Part shown: positions 52,629 through 62,111 of the stretch, in pieces | How positions within the stretch are numbered: position 1 is the first letter of the stretch | Layout of the letters: the number at the start of each line of letters is the position of its first letter | Source: Candidatus Poribacteria bacterium | GTDB lineage: Bacteria; Poribacteria; WGA-4E; JAJDTR01 | Reading direction: 5' to 3' | Assembly: GCA_028820655.1 (NCBI GenBank) | Contig: JAPPIK010000021.1 | Location: forward strand, 30,113 to 94,112 | DNA: 64,000 nt | The notes under the pieces: generated by a model | Databases searched by the model: none | Told to the model about the DNA's origin: nothing | Seen by the model: only the letters and a program-made list of their open reading frames with translations | Made by a program: the position numbers and the translations under genes

Positions 52629-53594
52629 ATGCGATTCGGGAGCATGCTTGGGACGTTTATTGGGTTCACCGTGATTCTGTTAAGCGGTGAACTGTGGTTA
52701 ATAGAAGGAATCGCCGCGCAGAAGTCACGGATTGTCTTTAGTCACCTCGGATTTGACAACTTTGAAATCTATGTAATGGACGCCGATGGAGGAAACCGGG
52801 AAAATCTTTCAAACCACCCAGTGCACGACGTGGATCCGGATTGGTCTCCCGACGGGACGAAGATTGCATTCGTTTCCAACAGAAACGATGCCAAATATCA
52901 GATCTACGTCATGGATGCCGATGGAACGAACCAGATTAGACTGACTGATGGACCGCGGGACAAGTGGCAACCTGACTGGTCTCCGGATGGGGGTAAGATT
53001 GCGTTCTCCGTCGACGATGGGGTTTATCGTATCGACGTGATGGATGTGAATGGAGATAATCGTGTGGTGCTTGAACACGAAGCTTCAGCGCCGTCATGGT
53101 CTCCGGACGGGGGTAAGATTGCATTCATATCGAGGAGAGACAAGGGCCGTGAGATCTACGTGATTGGCACTAATGGACAGGGGCTTGAGCGGCTGACGCG
53201 CAATTTCTTGGGCGGGCACAGCCTGTCGTTTTCTCCCGACGGTCGACGGATTGCATCCGACCCCTGGCATGGGGAATTCAATCACATCTATGTGATGGGG
53301 GCGGATGGAAAAAATCCCATGAGACTTTCGCACAATCAAGAGCATCATACGGCCCCGACGTGGTCTCCCGATGGGCAGATGATCGCATATGTGGTCTCTG
53401 ACGATGGCAATCCTTTCGACCGAAGAATTCACTTGATGACCGCGAACGGAAAATATATTAAGCAACTCAGCAAAGTTCGTGAGGGGATCGATGACCAACC
53501 GGACTTTAGCCCGGTGGGACTAGCTGTGTCCCCCGTTTCCAAAACAAGCACAACTTGGGGCACGCTGAAGAAAATGTCGTCCAGTTTCCGGTAG
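52629..53594 (+). CDS. secreted PD40/TolB-like beta-propeller protein with the shared C-terminal tail (close paralog of 50403..51362)
   Basis: ATG at 52629 with an AAGGAGA RBS. Signal peptide and PD40 blades. Ends ...VSKTSTTWGTLKKMSSSFR. Confidence 0.85.
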   Translation: MRFGSMLGTFIGFTVILLSGELWLIEGIAAQKSRIVFSHLGFDNFEIYVMDADGGNRENLSNHPVHDVDPDWSPDGTKIAFVSNRNDAKYQIYVMDADGTNQIRLTDGPRDKWQPDWSPDGGKIAFSVDDGVYRIDVMDVNGDNRVVLEHEASAPSWSPDGGKIAFISRRDKGREIYVIGTNGQGLERLTRNFLGGHSLSFSPDGRRIASDPWHGEFNHIYVMGADGKNPMRLSHNQEHHTAPTWSPDGQMIAYVVSDDGNPFDRRIHLMTANGKYIKQLSKVREGIDDQPDFSPVGLAVSPVSKTSTTWGTLKKMSSSFR

Positions 53595-53828
53595 TTTGCG
53601 CCTTCCCTGTCGAAATCCGGCGCCCAGGCAAGGACAAGTGCATCAAACTATGAGAGCCAAATGGTTTCATGTGATGGCGTAACGCGCCAATGCACAGAAG
53701 CAAGACTTGATAAAGATAATTGAAGATTTAAATTATCAAGGGTTCAGTGAGGCGTCGATTTAAGAGTTTAAGATTTGGAGTTGGCGGAGCGGAAAGTGTC
53801 GCTCATCCTTCTCCATGTAGAGGGAATC

Positions 53829-54032
53829 GTGGGTACTCGCAGCGCATTTGCAACAGTGGCATTGGTTAGTACGACCGCTCTGGCAATGACGTTGCTTGTC
53901 GCTCCAGATGCCAAAGCCGTTTGGTGTCCAGCGGGTTGCGGCCAAGGACAATTTTGTTGTTGGTATGGCGGAGGACACTATTTCTGCCGGGGGCTGGCGC
54001 CAGAGCCTGGCTATAAGTGCTGGAGGGTGTAA
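53829..54032 (+). CDS. small secreted Cys/Trp/Gly-rich peptide (bacteriocin- or defensin-like precursor)
   Basis: GTG at 53829 (or TTG at 53775). Predicted signal peptide MGTRSAFATVALVSTTALAMTLLVAPDAKA with an AxA cleavage site. Mature peptide VWCPAGCGQGQFCCWYGGGHYFCRGLAPEPGYKCWRV (37 aa, 6 Cys). A perfect hairpin follows. Confidence 0.4.
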   Translation: MGTRSAFATVALVSTTALAMTLLVAPDAKAVWCPAGCGQGQFCCWYGGGHYFCRGLAPEPGYKCWRV

Positions 54033-54045
54033 CCTTGAACCAGTA

Positions 54046-54075
54046 GACAAATCAGGGGATTACCCCTGATTTGTC
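54046..54075 (+). terminator. perfect 13 bp-stem hairpin downstream of the small peptide gene
   Basis: GACAAATCAGGGG atta CCCCTGATTTGTC, 14 nt after the stop codon and followed by a weak U-tract (tgcctt). Confidence 0.45.
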
Positions 54076-54109
54076 TGCCTTAAAGAGATGGAGGCATTCT
54101 TAGCGAAAA

Positions 54110-55117
54110 ATGAAATTCGAATTCATTAAGACGACTCTTCCCATCCTTAAGAACAGTTTGTATCTTTTGCTGACCGGTTTGTTGCTCGCGTCGTTAAACT
54201 CGGTGCGGGCGGTTGCGGACACGATTGCTTTCAGTTCAAATAAAAGTATCTACACTATGAATACTGATGGGACAAATCTCATCAAACTTGCTCCGGGCGG
54301 TACCCCCTCTTGGTCGCCGGATGGGACAAGGATTGTGTATTCCTTCGGACTCGGCAGGTTTCGCGGTGATGTCTCCGACATTTACATCATGGATGCCAAC
54401 GGTGCGAACGGCGTGAATCTCACCAAAGGACGGCACAAGGTTAACTCACTGCCTGCTTGGTCGCCCGACGGTACGAAGATAGCTTTTAGGTCCAATCGTG
54501 ATGGGAATTTCGAAATATATGTGATGAACGCCGACGGGAAGAATCCAATCAACCTCACACTGCACCCAGATAGCGACAGTTGGCCGACGTGGTCACCGGA
54601 CGGGAGGCAAATCGCCTTCGAGTCGTTGCAAGTTGCCGCCGGAGTGCTCAATCATTGCGATATATTTGTCATGGATGCCGACGGCGCCAATCGGACCAAT
54701 GTTACCCAAAACCCCCGCGCATACAATCGGACACCTGATTGGTCGCCGGACGGAAGCAAAATAGCGTTCGCGGCGGTGCGAAATGTCAATCGTGTAGACC
54801 TCTGGAATTCAGATGTTGACATCTTTGTGATGGATGCCGACGGAACTCATCCCGTAAGACTCACTGAAGATGCGCGGTTCAATTGGTTCCCAAGTTGGTC
54901 ACCGGATGGCAAAAGGATGGTCTTTGTTCGAGGAACGCAAGACGATGTCACCGACTGCGACATCTGTATCATGAACGCGGATGGAACCGGTCTTGAAAAC
55001 CTCACCCAAACCCCCGGTGTGGGCGAGTTCCACCCTTCTTGGAAACCAACTCCGTTTTCGGTATCATCACGAGGAAAGTTGACCGTTGTATGGGGAACGG
55101 TGAAACAGAATCACTAG
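54110..55117 (+). CDS. secreted PD40/TolB-like beta-propeller protein with the shared C-terminal tail (tandem unit 1 of 3)
   Basis: 335 aa. Signal peptide and PD40 blades. Ends ...SVSSRGKLTVVWGTVKQNH. Confidence 0.85.
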   Translation: MKFEFIKTTLPILKNSLYLLLTGLLLASLNSVRAVADTIAFSSNKSIYTMNTDGTNLIKLAPGGTPSWSPDGTRIVYSFGLGRFRGDVSDIYIMDANGANGVNLTKGRHKVNSLPAWSPDGTKIAFRSNRDGNFEIYVMNADGKNPINLTLHPDSDSWPTWSPDGRQIAFESLQVAAGVLNHCDIFVMDADGANRTNVTQNPRAYNRTPDWSPDGSKIAFAAVRNVNRVDLWNSDVDIFVMDADGTHPVRLTEDARFNWFPSWSPDGKRMVFVRGTQDDVTDCDICIMNADGTGLENLTQTPGVGEFHPSWKPTPFSVSSRGKLTVVWGTVKQNH

Positions 55118-55141
55118 CTATGGAGGCGTGACGAACGAGAA

Positions 55142-56149
55142 ATGAAATCCGATCCATTAGGAAGACTCTCCCCATCATTAAAATGCATCGTATTCCAATT
55201 GATGGCCGGTGTATTATTCACGTCCCTAAATTCGGCATGGGCTGTTGGGGGCACGATTGCTTTCACTTCACAGGGGAATATCTACACCATGGCAACCGAT
55301 GGGACAAATCTCATCGAACTGACTCAGGGTAGCAGCCCCTCCTGGTCGCCGGATGGGACAAAGATCGCGTATTCCTTCGGACTCGGCAGGTTTCGCGGTG
55401 ATGTCACCGACATTTACATCATGGATGCAAACGGCGCGAACCTTGTGAACCTTACCCAAGGACGGAAGAAAGTCAACATGTCGCCCGTTGTGTCGCCGGA
55501 TGGGAAAAGAATTGCGTTTGCCTCATACCGCGATGCCAATTACGAAATTTACGTGATGGATGCTGATGGGAAGAATCCGAAAAACCTTACTCTGCATCTG
55601 GATGACGATACCTCCCCGGCTTGGTCACCGGACGGGACAAAGATTGCCTTCGGGTCAAGGCAGGTTAGAGAAGACATATTGACTCACTCTGACATATTCG
55701 TGATGAATGCCGATGGCGCCAATCGAACCAATATAACCCAAAATCCCCGTGCATACAATATCACGCCCAGTTGGTCGCCGGTCGGAGACAAAATTGCCTA
55801 CGCAGCATTTTCAAATGTCGATCATGTAGGCCCGTTAAACGCTAACTTGGACATCTCTGTGATGAATGCCGATGGAACTGATGCCGTCAGACTCACTGAA
55901 GATGCACGTATGAATTTGTCCCCAAGTTGGTCGCCGGATGGTAAAAGGATTGTCTTCGTGCGAGCACACGAAGACGATCCCATATACTGCGACATCTACG
56001 CAATGAACGCGGATGGAACCGGTCTCGTAAACCTCACCCAAACCCCTATTGTGGGCGAGTTCGACCCTTCTTGGAAACCTACTCCGTTTTCGGTATCATC
56101 ACGAGGCAGGTTGCCCGTCGTGTGGGGAACGGTGAAACAGAAACGATAG
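55142..56149 (+). CDS. secreted PD40/TolB-like beta-propeller protein with the shared C-terminal tail (tandem unit 2 of 3)
   Basis: 335 aa. Ends ...SVSSRGRLPVVWGTVKQKR. Its start is exactly 1032 bp after the previous start, with a conserved spacer gctatggaggcgtgacgaacgagaaATGAAAT. Confidence 0.85.
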   Translation: MKSDPLGRLSPSLKCIVFQLMAGVLFTSLNSAWAVGGTIAFTSQGNIYTMATDGTNLIELTQGSSPSWSPDGTKIAYSFGLGRFRGDVTDIYIMDANGANLVNLTQGRKKVNMSPVVSPDGKRIAFASYRDANYEIYVMDADGKNPKNLTLHLDDDTSPAWSPDGTKIAFGSRQVREDILTHSDIFVMNADGANRTNITQNPRAYNITPSWSPVGDKIAYAAFSNVDHVGPLNANLDISVMNADGTDAVRLTEDARMNLSPSWSPDGKRIVFVRAHEDDPIYCDIYAMNADGTGLVNLTQTPIVGEFDPSWKPTPFSVSSRGRLPVVWGTVKQKR

Positions 56150-56173
56150 CTATGGAGGCGTGACGAACGAGAA

Positions 56174-57181
56174 ATGAAATACCGTCGATTAGGAAGACTC
56201 GCCTTATCTTTAAAAGGCATCCTTTTCGTTTTGATAATCGGTGTATTATTCACGTCCTTAGATTTGGTACGGGCGGTTGGGGACACGATTGCTTTCACTT
56301 CACAGGGGAATATCTACACTATAGACACTGATGGGACAAATCTGAAAAAACTTACTCGAGGCTATAATCCCTCTTGGTCGCCTGACGGGGCAAAGCTCGT
56401 GTTTTCCTTCGGTCTCGGCAGGTTTCGCGGTGACGTCACCGACATTTACATCATGGATGCGAACGGTGGGAACCGCTTGAATCTTACCAAAGGACGCCAC
56501 AAACAGAATGCCCTGCCTGCTTGGTCGCCCGATGGGACAAAGATAGCTTTTGAGTCCAACCGTGATGGGAATTCCGAAATCTATGTGATGAATGCCGAGG
56601 GGAAGAATCCCAAAAACCTCACGCTGCACCTCGATGACGATACGTGCCCGACGTGGTCACCGGATGGGACAAAGATTGCCTTTTGGTCAAGGCAAGTCGC
56701 TGCCGGGGTGCTGAGTCTTTCGGATATATTTGTAATGGATGCCGACGGCTCCGATCGGATCAATATCACCCAAAATCCCCGTGCCTCCAATAGGACGCCA
56801 AGTTGGTCGCCGGACGGAAGCAAAATCGCTTACACGGCAGTGCGAAATGTCAATCGTGTAGACCCTTGGAATGCAAACTTGGACATCGTTGTGATGAATG
56901 CCGACGGAACTCATCCCGTCAGACTCACTGAAGATGGACGTGCAAATTGGCTCCCGAGTTGGTCACCGGATGGCAAAAGGATCGTATTCGAACGAACGAT
57001 GCTCAACGATCCCATTTACGCCGACATCTATGTGATGAACGCGGATGGAACCGGTCTTGTAAACCTCACCCCAACCCCTCTTGTGCCCGAGTGGGACCCT
57101 TCTTGGAGACCGACTCCGTTTTCCGTATCATCACGAGGCAAAATGCCAACCCGATGGGCGGAGATAAAAGAAAGGCGCTAA
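56174..57181 (+). CDS. secreted PD40/TolB-like beta-propeller protein with a degenerate shared tail (tandem unit 3 of 3)
   Basis: 335 aa. Ends ...SVSSRGKMPTRWAEIKERR (WG changed to WA). Its start is again exactly 1032 bp after the previous start. Confidence 0.85.
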   Translation: MKYRRLGRLALSLKGILFVLIIGVLFTSLDLVRAVGDTIAFTSQGNIYTIDTDGTNLKKLTRGYNPSWSPDGAKLVFSFGLGRFRGDVTDIYIMDANGGNRLNLTKGRHKQNALPAWSPDGTKIAFESNRDGNSEIYVMNAEGKNPKNLTLHLDDDTCPTWSPDGTKIAFWSRQVAAGVLSLSDIFVMDADGSDRINITQNPRASNRTPSWSPDGSKIAYTAVRNVNRVDPWNANLDIVVMNADGTHPVRLTEDGRANWLPSWSPDGKRIVFERTMLNDPIYADIYVMNADGTGLVNLTPTPLVPEWDPSWRPTPFSVSSRGKMPTRWAEIKERR

Positions 57182-57374
57182 ATCAGGTTAGGGCGAATAA
57201 AGTTGCGATTCGGTGCAAATCGACAGAGGTAAAAGTCAACTTTCCTCAACTTCTCGGATGGTGGCAGGATATTGCGACAATGTGTTAGTTGAAAAGATGG
57301 TTGACGGTCGTTGATTTGAGAACCGCCAATCGGTCGGTAGGCGCGACGATTGAAAACAAGAGGCTATTAGCACA

Positions 57375-58298
57375 TTACGGCCGGATTATCTCCAATGTCT
57401 CCTCAAGGTTCTTGATTCCGGCGGTTGTTCCGATTGCCGTGACGCACGCCGCACCCGCCGCCGAGGCTAGTTCGCTCGTGCGTTTCAAATCCCACCCCAT
57501 CACGATTCCTGCGAGAAATCCCGCGACATATGCATCCCCAGCCCCCGTAGCATCAACGACGTCGACCTCGTAGGCTGGCACATAAATTTCGTCAGTGCCG
57601 GTACGGACGTAACTTCCGCGTTCTCCCATTTTCAATCCGACAGTCCGGATTCCATAATCCATAAGGAATCTTGCAATCTCGGGAGGCGAATCAAGCCCGG
57701 TGAGTTGCTCGGCCTCTTCAATGCTAGGCAAAAATACGTCAATGTACGGCAAGCAAGGCTCTAGTGTTTTCAACCAGTTTCCCGATGTGTCCCAGACGGT
57801 ATCCAGAGATGTTGTCACGCCCGCGTCTTTGGCATGGCGTAGGATGCGCGCCGTAGGTTCACCATCTAACTTCGGCATAACAAATGTACCGGCGACATGC
57901 AATATTTTGCTCGACCGAATCAAATCCAAATTCATGTCGTCCTCGGACAGGACACTATTTGTTCCCATGTAGTGGAGGAAACTCCGCTCACCGTCGGACG
58001 CGACAGCGACAAATGTAACGGGCGAGTTGATGTCGGCATCGCGAATCATCGCACGCGTATCCACTCGATTGTTATCCAAGACCTGCAACACCATGTCGCC
58101 AAACGTGTCGGTGCCGATCCTTCCCATGGCTCCGACATTGATTCCCAACTTGGAGAGGGTGATCGCCGTATTGTTGGCGCAGCCGCCGGAGTGCATTTCA
58201 AACTCATCAAACACCATCAATCTGCCCTTTTCCGGAAACGTATCAATAGGGCGCCCTATCACATCTACCACGAAAATACCGAGAGACAATACATCCAT
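57375..58298 (-). CDS. PfkB-family carbohydrate kinase (ribokinase/2-keto-3-deoxygluconate kinase-like)
   Basis: C-terminal DATGAGDAYVAGFL anion-hole motif. N-terminal GG-containing sugar-binding region. Start taken at MDVLSLGIFVVD. Confidence 0.8.
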   Translation of the reverse strand: MDVLSLGIFVVDVIGRPIDTFPEKGRLMVFDEFEMHSGGCANNTAITLSKLGINVGAMGRIGTDTFGDMVLQVLDNNRVDTRAMIRDADINSPVTFVAVASDGERSFLHYMGTNSVLSEDDMNLDLIRSSKILHVAGTFVMPKLDGEPTARILRHAKDAGVTTSLDTVWDTSGNWLKTLEPCLPYIDVFLPSIEEAEQLTGLDSPPEIARFLMDYGIRTVGLKMGERGSYVRTGTDEIYVPAYEVDVVDATGAGDAYVAGFLAGIVMGWDLKRTSELASAAGAACVTAIGTTAGIKNLEETLEIIRP

Positions 58299-58587
58299 GC
58301 AACCACCTCGTAATGGGTACATCGCGAGAACACGTGTTCTATTGTGTCACGCGATGTGTTCTGATTCCGAGTGTAATATCGTCATTTCTATATAGTCCGG
58401 CCATGTCTAAATAGGTGAAGATGTGGTTTGACACTACCACATTTTAGTCCAATGGTGGACCGGTAAGCGTCTGCAAATTTGCTAACCGTAGTGGCGCGGC
58501 TCAAATCATGAGAATGTGGGGATAGGTATCTGGAATTGAATAAACGGGTACAATTCTGTCTCACCGTCCGGATGATGAAGATTAGCC

Positions 58588-60564
58588 TCAATGCAGATAC
58601 ATGATTACGAATGTTTCATCGGCGGTTTCTACGGGCTGGTTGATTTTCATTGGCAAAAACGAATGGTCGATCCAACCTACCAGTTTCGGCGCCGCATCTT
58701 CGAGGATATATTGCAGGATACCCTCACTTGCAAGTATTTGGGCAAACTGTTTTCGTTTACCGGTTAATCCTCGGAGGGATGGCGTACGATTCACGGGCAC
58801 AAAGTCGTCCTTTAGCTCAACGGCCGTGTTCGGGGATACCGATCCAAGTTGCATATACCTTCCATTGTACACCACTCCCGCACTTTCAAGCGTGCCTGGC
58901 AAATGATGTTTCACCGTGGCGAGTCTTTTTTCGTGAAGATCCGGCAATGTCCATTCAGTTGAGTTTGGTGGAGCCGGGATTTCAAAGAATGACTCAATAC
59001 GAAATGTTCGTGATTGCCAAGCGCTCAAGTCCACGTCACAGATCCGATCGGATCGCGCCTCCGTTACATGTATCGGAGGCGAAGGAGTTTGCTTAAGTGG
59101 TCTGATATAGGTTTCGCCCTCCAATAGGACCGACGACGTTGAGTGGGCAGACGCTATTGCCCCGATGTAAGTTCGCAAATGCGCGCGAGAACCTTCCGAA
59201 TAAACAGAAAGTATGGATAAGCGGCTAACCGAGACCGGTATTGAGAGGATATGCTTCGGGAATACGGCGGCACTGCCGAGAAATACCGTTATCAAAATAC
59301 TACCAATCCAATAATATTTAACTTCCTTCACGCGAGTTCCCAACCACCACGTGAATCCCCCGAAACCGAGTAGACAAGCTAACAGGAACAGTGGCAGTAT
59401 GCGGAATAAAGGTACGCGCCCCGACGGAAGAGATTTTAGCACTTTATGGATCTTCTCTGCGTCCCTCTGATGCTGTTCATAGCGATCATCAAGGTGCCGC
59501 GGCGATTTTCCGACTGTTTTGATAAACTCCGACCAAAGCTGTACCCTCTCCGGAGATTGGGAGATAGGAAGCACCTCATAATCGAAAGCCAAACTAACAA
59601 TCTGCCCACTCCCAAATGACCGTCGTGATGCCAGTATGCTATCGCTTCCGTCTCTGAGAACTACATCGCTCCCGATTCCAAGTTTCTCAGCGTTGTCTTT
59701 CAGTTTGAAGCCAATTAAGTCAATCGAGATGTCTGCGCGTCCTGCCAACCGAGTTAGCGGTTCCGGCAGATGGGACGCAGGCCGCAATTCACCAAGGTGT
59801 ACGGGGAGCAAGGGTTCGAGAAAGCTGCCGTGTAGATGCCGAAGATTACTCCCGCCCGAGAGGAGTAAACTACCACCGTTGCGAACCCAATCTAACAAAG
59901 CGGACTGTTGAGCTGACGAGATACGATTCGGCGCCAGCGAAATGCCGCGAATCACCACAAGATCGATAGAATCAAAATGTTTCCAACTGTGGGGCAAATG
60001 CCTTTGAGACGCAGGATGAACGACGAAAACGCGTGAATCTGCATTGGCACCGACCGGGAGTCCGTGCCAATCATCAAAAACATCACGACCCGGCGGAGTC
60101 AGAGCAAGAACAAACAGGTCTTTTGTTTCTTTCGGTAAGTCCGGAATAATCTCGCGTTCAACCCTAACCTGTCCCTCGCGATTCACAATTCGCAATGTCA
60201 GTTTCGTCGAAGTGCCGGGTTGAAAAACGTGGAGAGTATAACGTCGACGATCGGTTCTCGTTAGGGAGACAGGTGTCGAGTAGGTTTGGATGACGGCTTC
60301 CGAGAACAGATTGGTGACCTCTAATTCAAGATCGCCCGCAAACGATTCATGCTCATTCTCGCTCACCACCAGGAGTTGCAATGGCGCCCATCTGCCCCGC
60401 TTATAGTAACCGTCGAACCCGAATTCAACAGATTCGATCTCGATTGCTCCGAAGACAGAGGGGATTGTCAAGAGAAATAGACAAAATGTCACAGTGAGAT
60501 GGTGAATCGTTGGGAGGCGACCCGCGTTTTCCCGCATATGCCGAATTCCTGTCCACTCATCCAT
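58588..60564 (-). CDS. hypothetical exported or membrane protein (658 aa) with a ThuA/GATase1-like segment and central TM helices
   Basis: Signal peptide (LTVTFCLFLLTIPSVFGA). Segment VVIRGISL...WVRNGGSLLLSGGS. Two adjacent TM helices near residue 400. Confidence 0.5.
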   Translation of the reverse strand: MDEWTGIRHMRENAGRLPTIHHLTVTFCLFLLTIPSVFGAIEIESVEFGFDGYYKRGRWAPLQLLVVSENEHESFAGDLELEVTNLFSEAVIQTYSTPVSLTRTDRRRYTLHVFQPGTSTKLTLRIVNREGQVRVEREIIPDLPKETKDLFVLALTPPGRDVFDDWHGLPVGANADSRVFVVHPASQRHLPHSWKHFDSIDLVVIRGISLAPNRISSAQQSALLDWVRNGGSLLLSGGSNLRHLHGSFLEPLLPVHLGELRPASHLPEPLTRLAGRADISIDLIGFKLKDNAEKLGIGSDVVLRDGSDSILASRRSFGSGQIVSLAFDYEVLPISQSPERVQLWSEFIKTVGKSPRHLDDRYEQHQRDAEKIHKVLKSLPSGRVPLFRILPLFLLACLLGFGGFTWWLGTRVKEVKYYWIGSILITVFLGSAAVFPKHILSIPVSVSRLSILSVYSEGSRAHLRTYIGAIASAHSTSSVLLEGETYIRPLKQTPSPPIHVTEARSDRICDVDLSAWQSRTFRIESFFEIPAPPNSTEWTLPDLHEKRLATVKHHLPGTLESAGVVYNGRYMQLGSVSPNTAVELKDDFVPVNRTPSLRGLTGKRKQFAQILASEGILQYILEDAAPKLVGWIDHSFLPMKINQPVETADETFVIMYLH

Positions 60565-61232
60565 GTGCGCGTTCTCATTTCGTCAATTCCTACTCGTCAA
60601 TCGGGGGTGCCTTCAGTGGAAAACTGCACGTCAATGCCAATCTTGGCTATTATAAGAATCCTACTTGGGACTATTCGACAGCAAAGAATCGTATGATTCG
60701 TAAAGATCGGCAGATGTTGTGTCGCCGATGGTGGGTATTCTGTTCGTCGGCCGAGTCAATTAGGCTCATGGCAAGAGAGTCAATCATCTTAACCGCTATG
60801 TGATTAACTATCTCGTTCCCCATTTGGTCTGTTGAAGGGAGGCTAAATTGTCCTCGTCAGGATTGTCCTATTGATCAGAGACGTCGGAATCAAGAACCAC
60901 TTCCTTTCAAATGCGTACATGATAAATGTAGAACATTTGTTGCAGTCTAGATGAAATGCCTCAAAATGTCAAGCCGTTTTTAATGGACTCGCTTGGATCC
61001 TCCCTTCAGTCCTCACTCAACGATCTGCTCTGCAAACGTGACAGGATTGCGGCAAATATCCAACGATTTCTGTTTACTAGAAGCTCGGAAAGAGGTAGAA
61101 TCCTCACCAAGTTTAATCCGGATCGTCAAACAATTCGCTCTCGAATTCAACCATAATCACATGCCCCGATAGAGATTTAAGGTTGCCACGACGAATAACG
61201 CAAAAGAACACTGTGAAGAAAGAGTAAATTCT

Positions 61233-62111
61233 ATGGATATCGACTGCTTGCAACATTTGTTGACGGTTGAGGAACGTACGGCGTTTGACCGGGACGGGTT
61301 CATAGTGGTTGAAAACGCACTTCCTGACTCTCTTGTGAAAGATCTAAACAGGGCGATGGACCGTATTGAAGGGGCGGTCGATTTTATCGGGAAAGACGAT
61401 CTGTTTCTGGAATTGATCGATTGGCCAACGGTGTTTCCAAAGGTATTTGGAATCCTCGGCTGGAATATCCATATTTACCACACGGTTGCACTCGCGAGAC
61501 CACCGGACACGGGGGAACAACGCCACCGGAGTGCGCGTCTTGCGTGGCATCAGGACAGCGATCGGGTAAACGCCGATATTGCACCGGGACCGACAATGCG
61601 AATCTCGCTGAAGGTGGGTTATCTGCTGACAGACCTAACCAAGAAAAATCACGGGAATCAGCTATTTATTCCCGGTAGCCATCTCAAGCGAGAGTTGGAA
61701 TGGCCGGCTGACGGTGTTTCGAATCCCCCTGGAGTTTACACGCTTCAGGCGCCGGCAGGTTCAGCCGTTCTCTTCGAGCAGCGAGTCTGGCACACGGGAA
61801 GCCCAAATTTATCCGATGTAACTCGAAAAACTCTGTATTACGGCTACAGTTACCGCTGGTTCCATCCCCGCGATGATAGAACAGTATCGCACTACATGGA
61901 ACGTTGCGATCCGATTCGCAGGCAGTTGCTGGGCGCAAAAACAAAAGCTCTGGGGCTCACGTCGCCAAAGCCGGAGGATGTGCCGTTGCGAACTTGGATG
62001 AAGGAACATATGGGGGAAGAAGCGGTTGCCGACAAATACACGCGCTTGGTCGGCGGAACTTCGGTGTCGTTTGCACGAAATCCGGATGACCATTATGCCG
62101 TGCTCAAATGA
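61233..62111 (+). CDS. phytanoyl-CoA dioxygenase (PhyH) family oxygenase
   Basis: WHQDSD ... HTGSPN motifs. Second PhyH-family member in the window. Confidence 0.75.
   Translation: MDIDCLQHLLTVEERTAFDRDGFIVVENALPDSLVKDLNRAMDRIEGAVDFIGKDDLFLELIDWPTVFPKVFGILGWNIHIYHTVALARPPDTGEQRHRSARLAWHQDSDRVNADIAPGPTMRISLKVGYLLTDLTKKNHGNQLFIPGSHLKRELEWPADGVSNPPGVYTLQAPAGSAVLFEQRVWHTGSPNLSDVTRKTLYYGYSYRWFHPRDDRTVSHYMERCDPIRRQLLGAKTKALGLTSPKPEDVPLRTWMKEHMGEEAVADKYTRLVGGTSVSFARNPDDHYAVLK

Larger units (their letters stand above)
54078..57181 (+). repeat. three tandem 1032 bp gene-plus-spacer units (recent tandem duplication of the PD40 genes)
   Basis: Gene starts at 54110, 55142 and 56174. The spacers and N-terminal coding regions are near-identical. 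Confidence 0.7.

Noticed and set aside
48548-57181. Possible CRISPR-like periodicity in the PD40 region
   Set aside because: The periodicity is a protein-coding propeller repeat (WSPDG blades) and 1032 bp gene duplications. There is no short direct-repeat and spacer structure.
57289-57573. 94 aa plus-strand ORF
   Set aside because: It overlaps the 3' part of the PfkB kinase gene on the opposite strand and has a low-complexity, Ala/Pro-rich translation.
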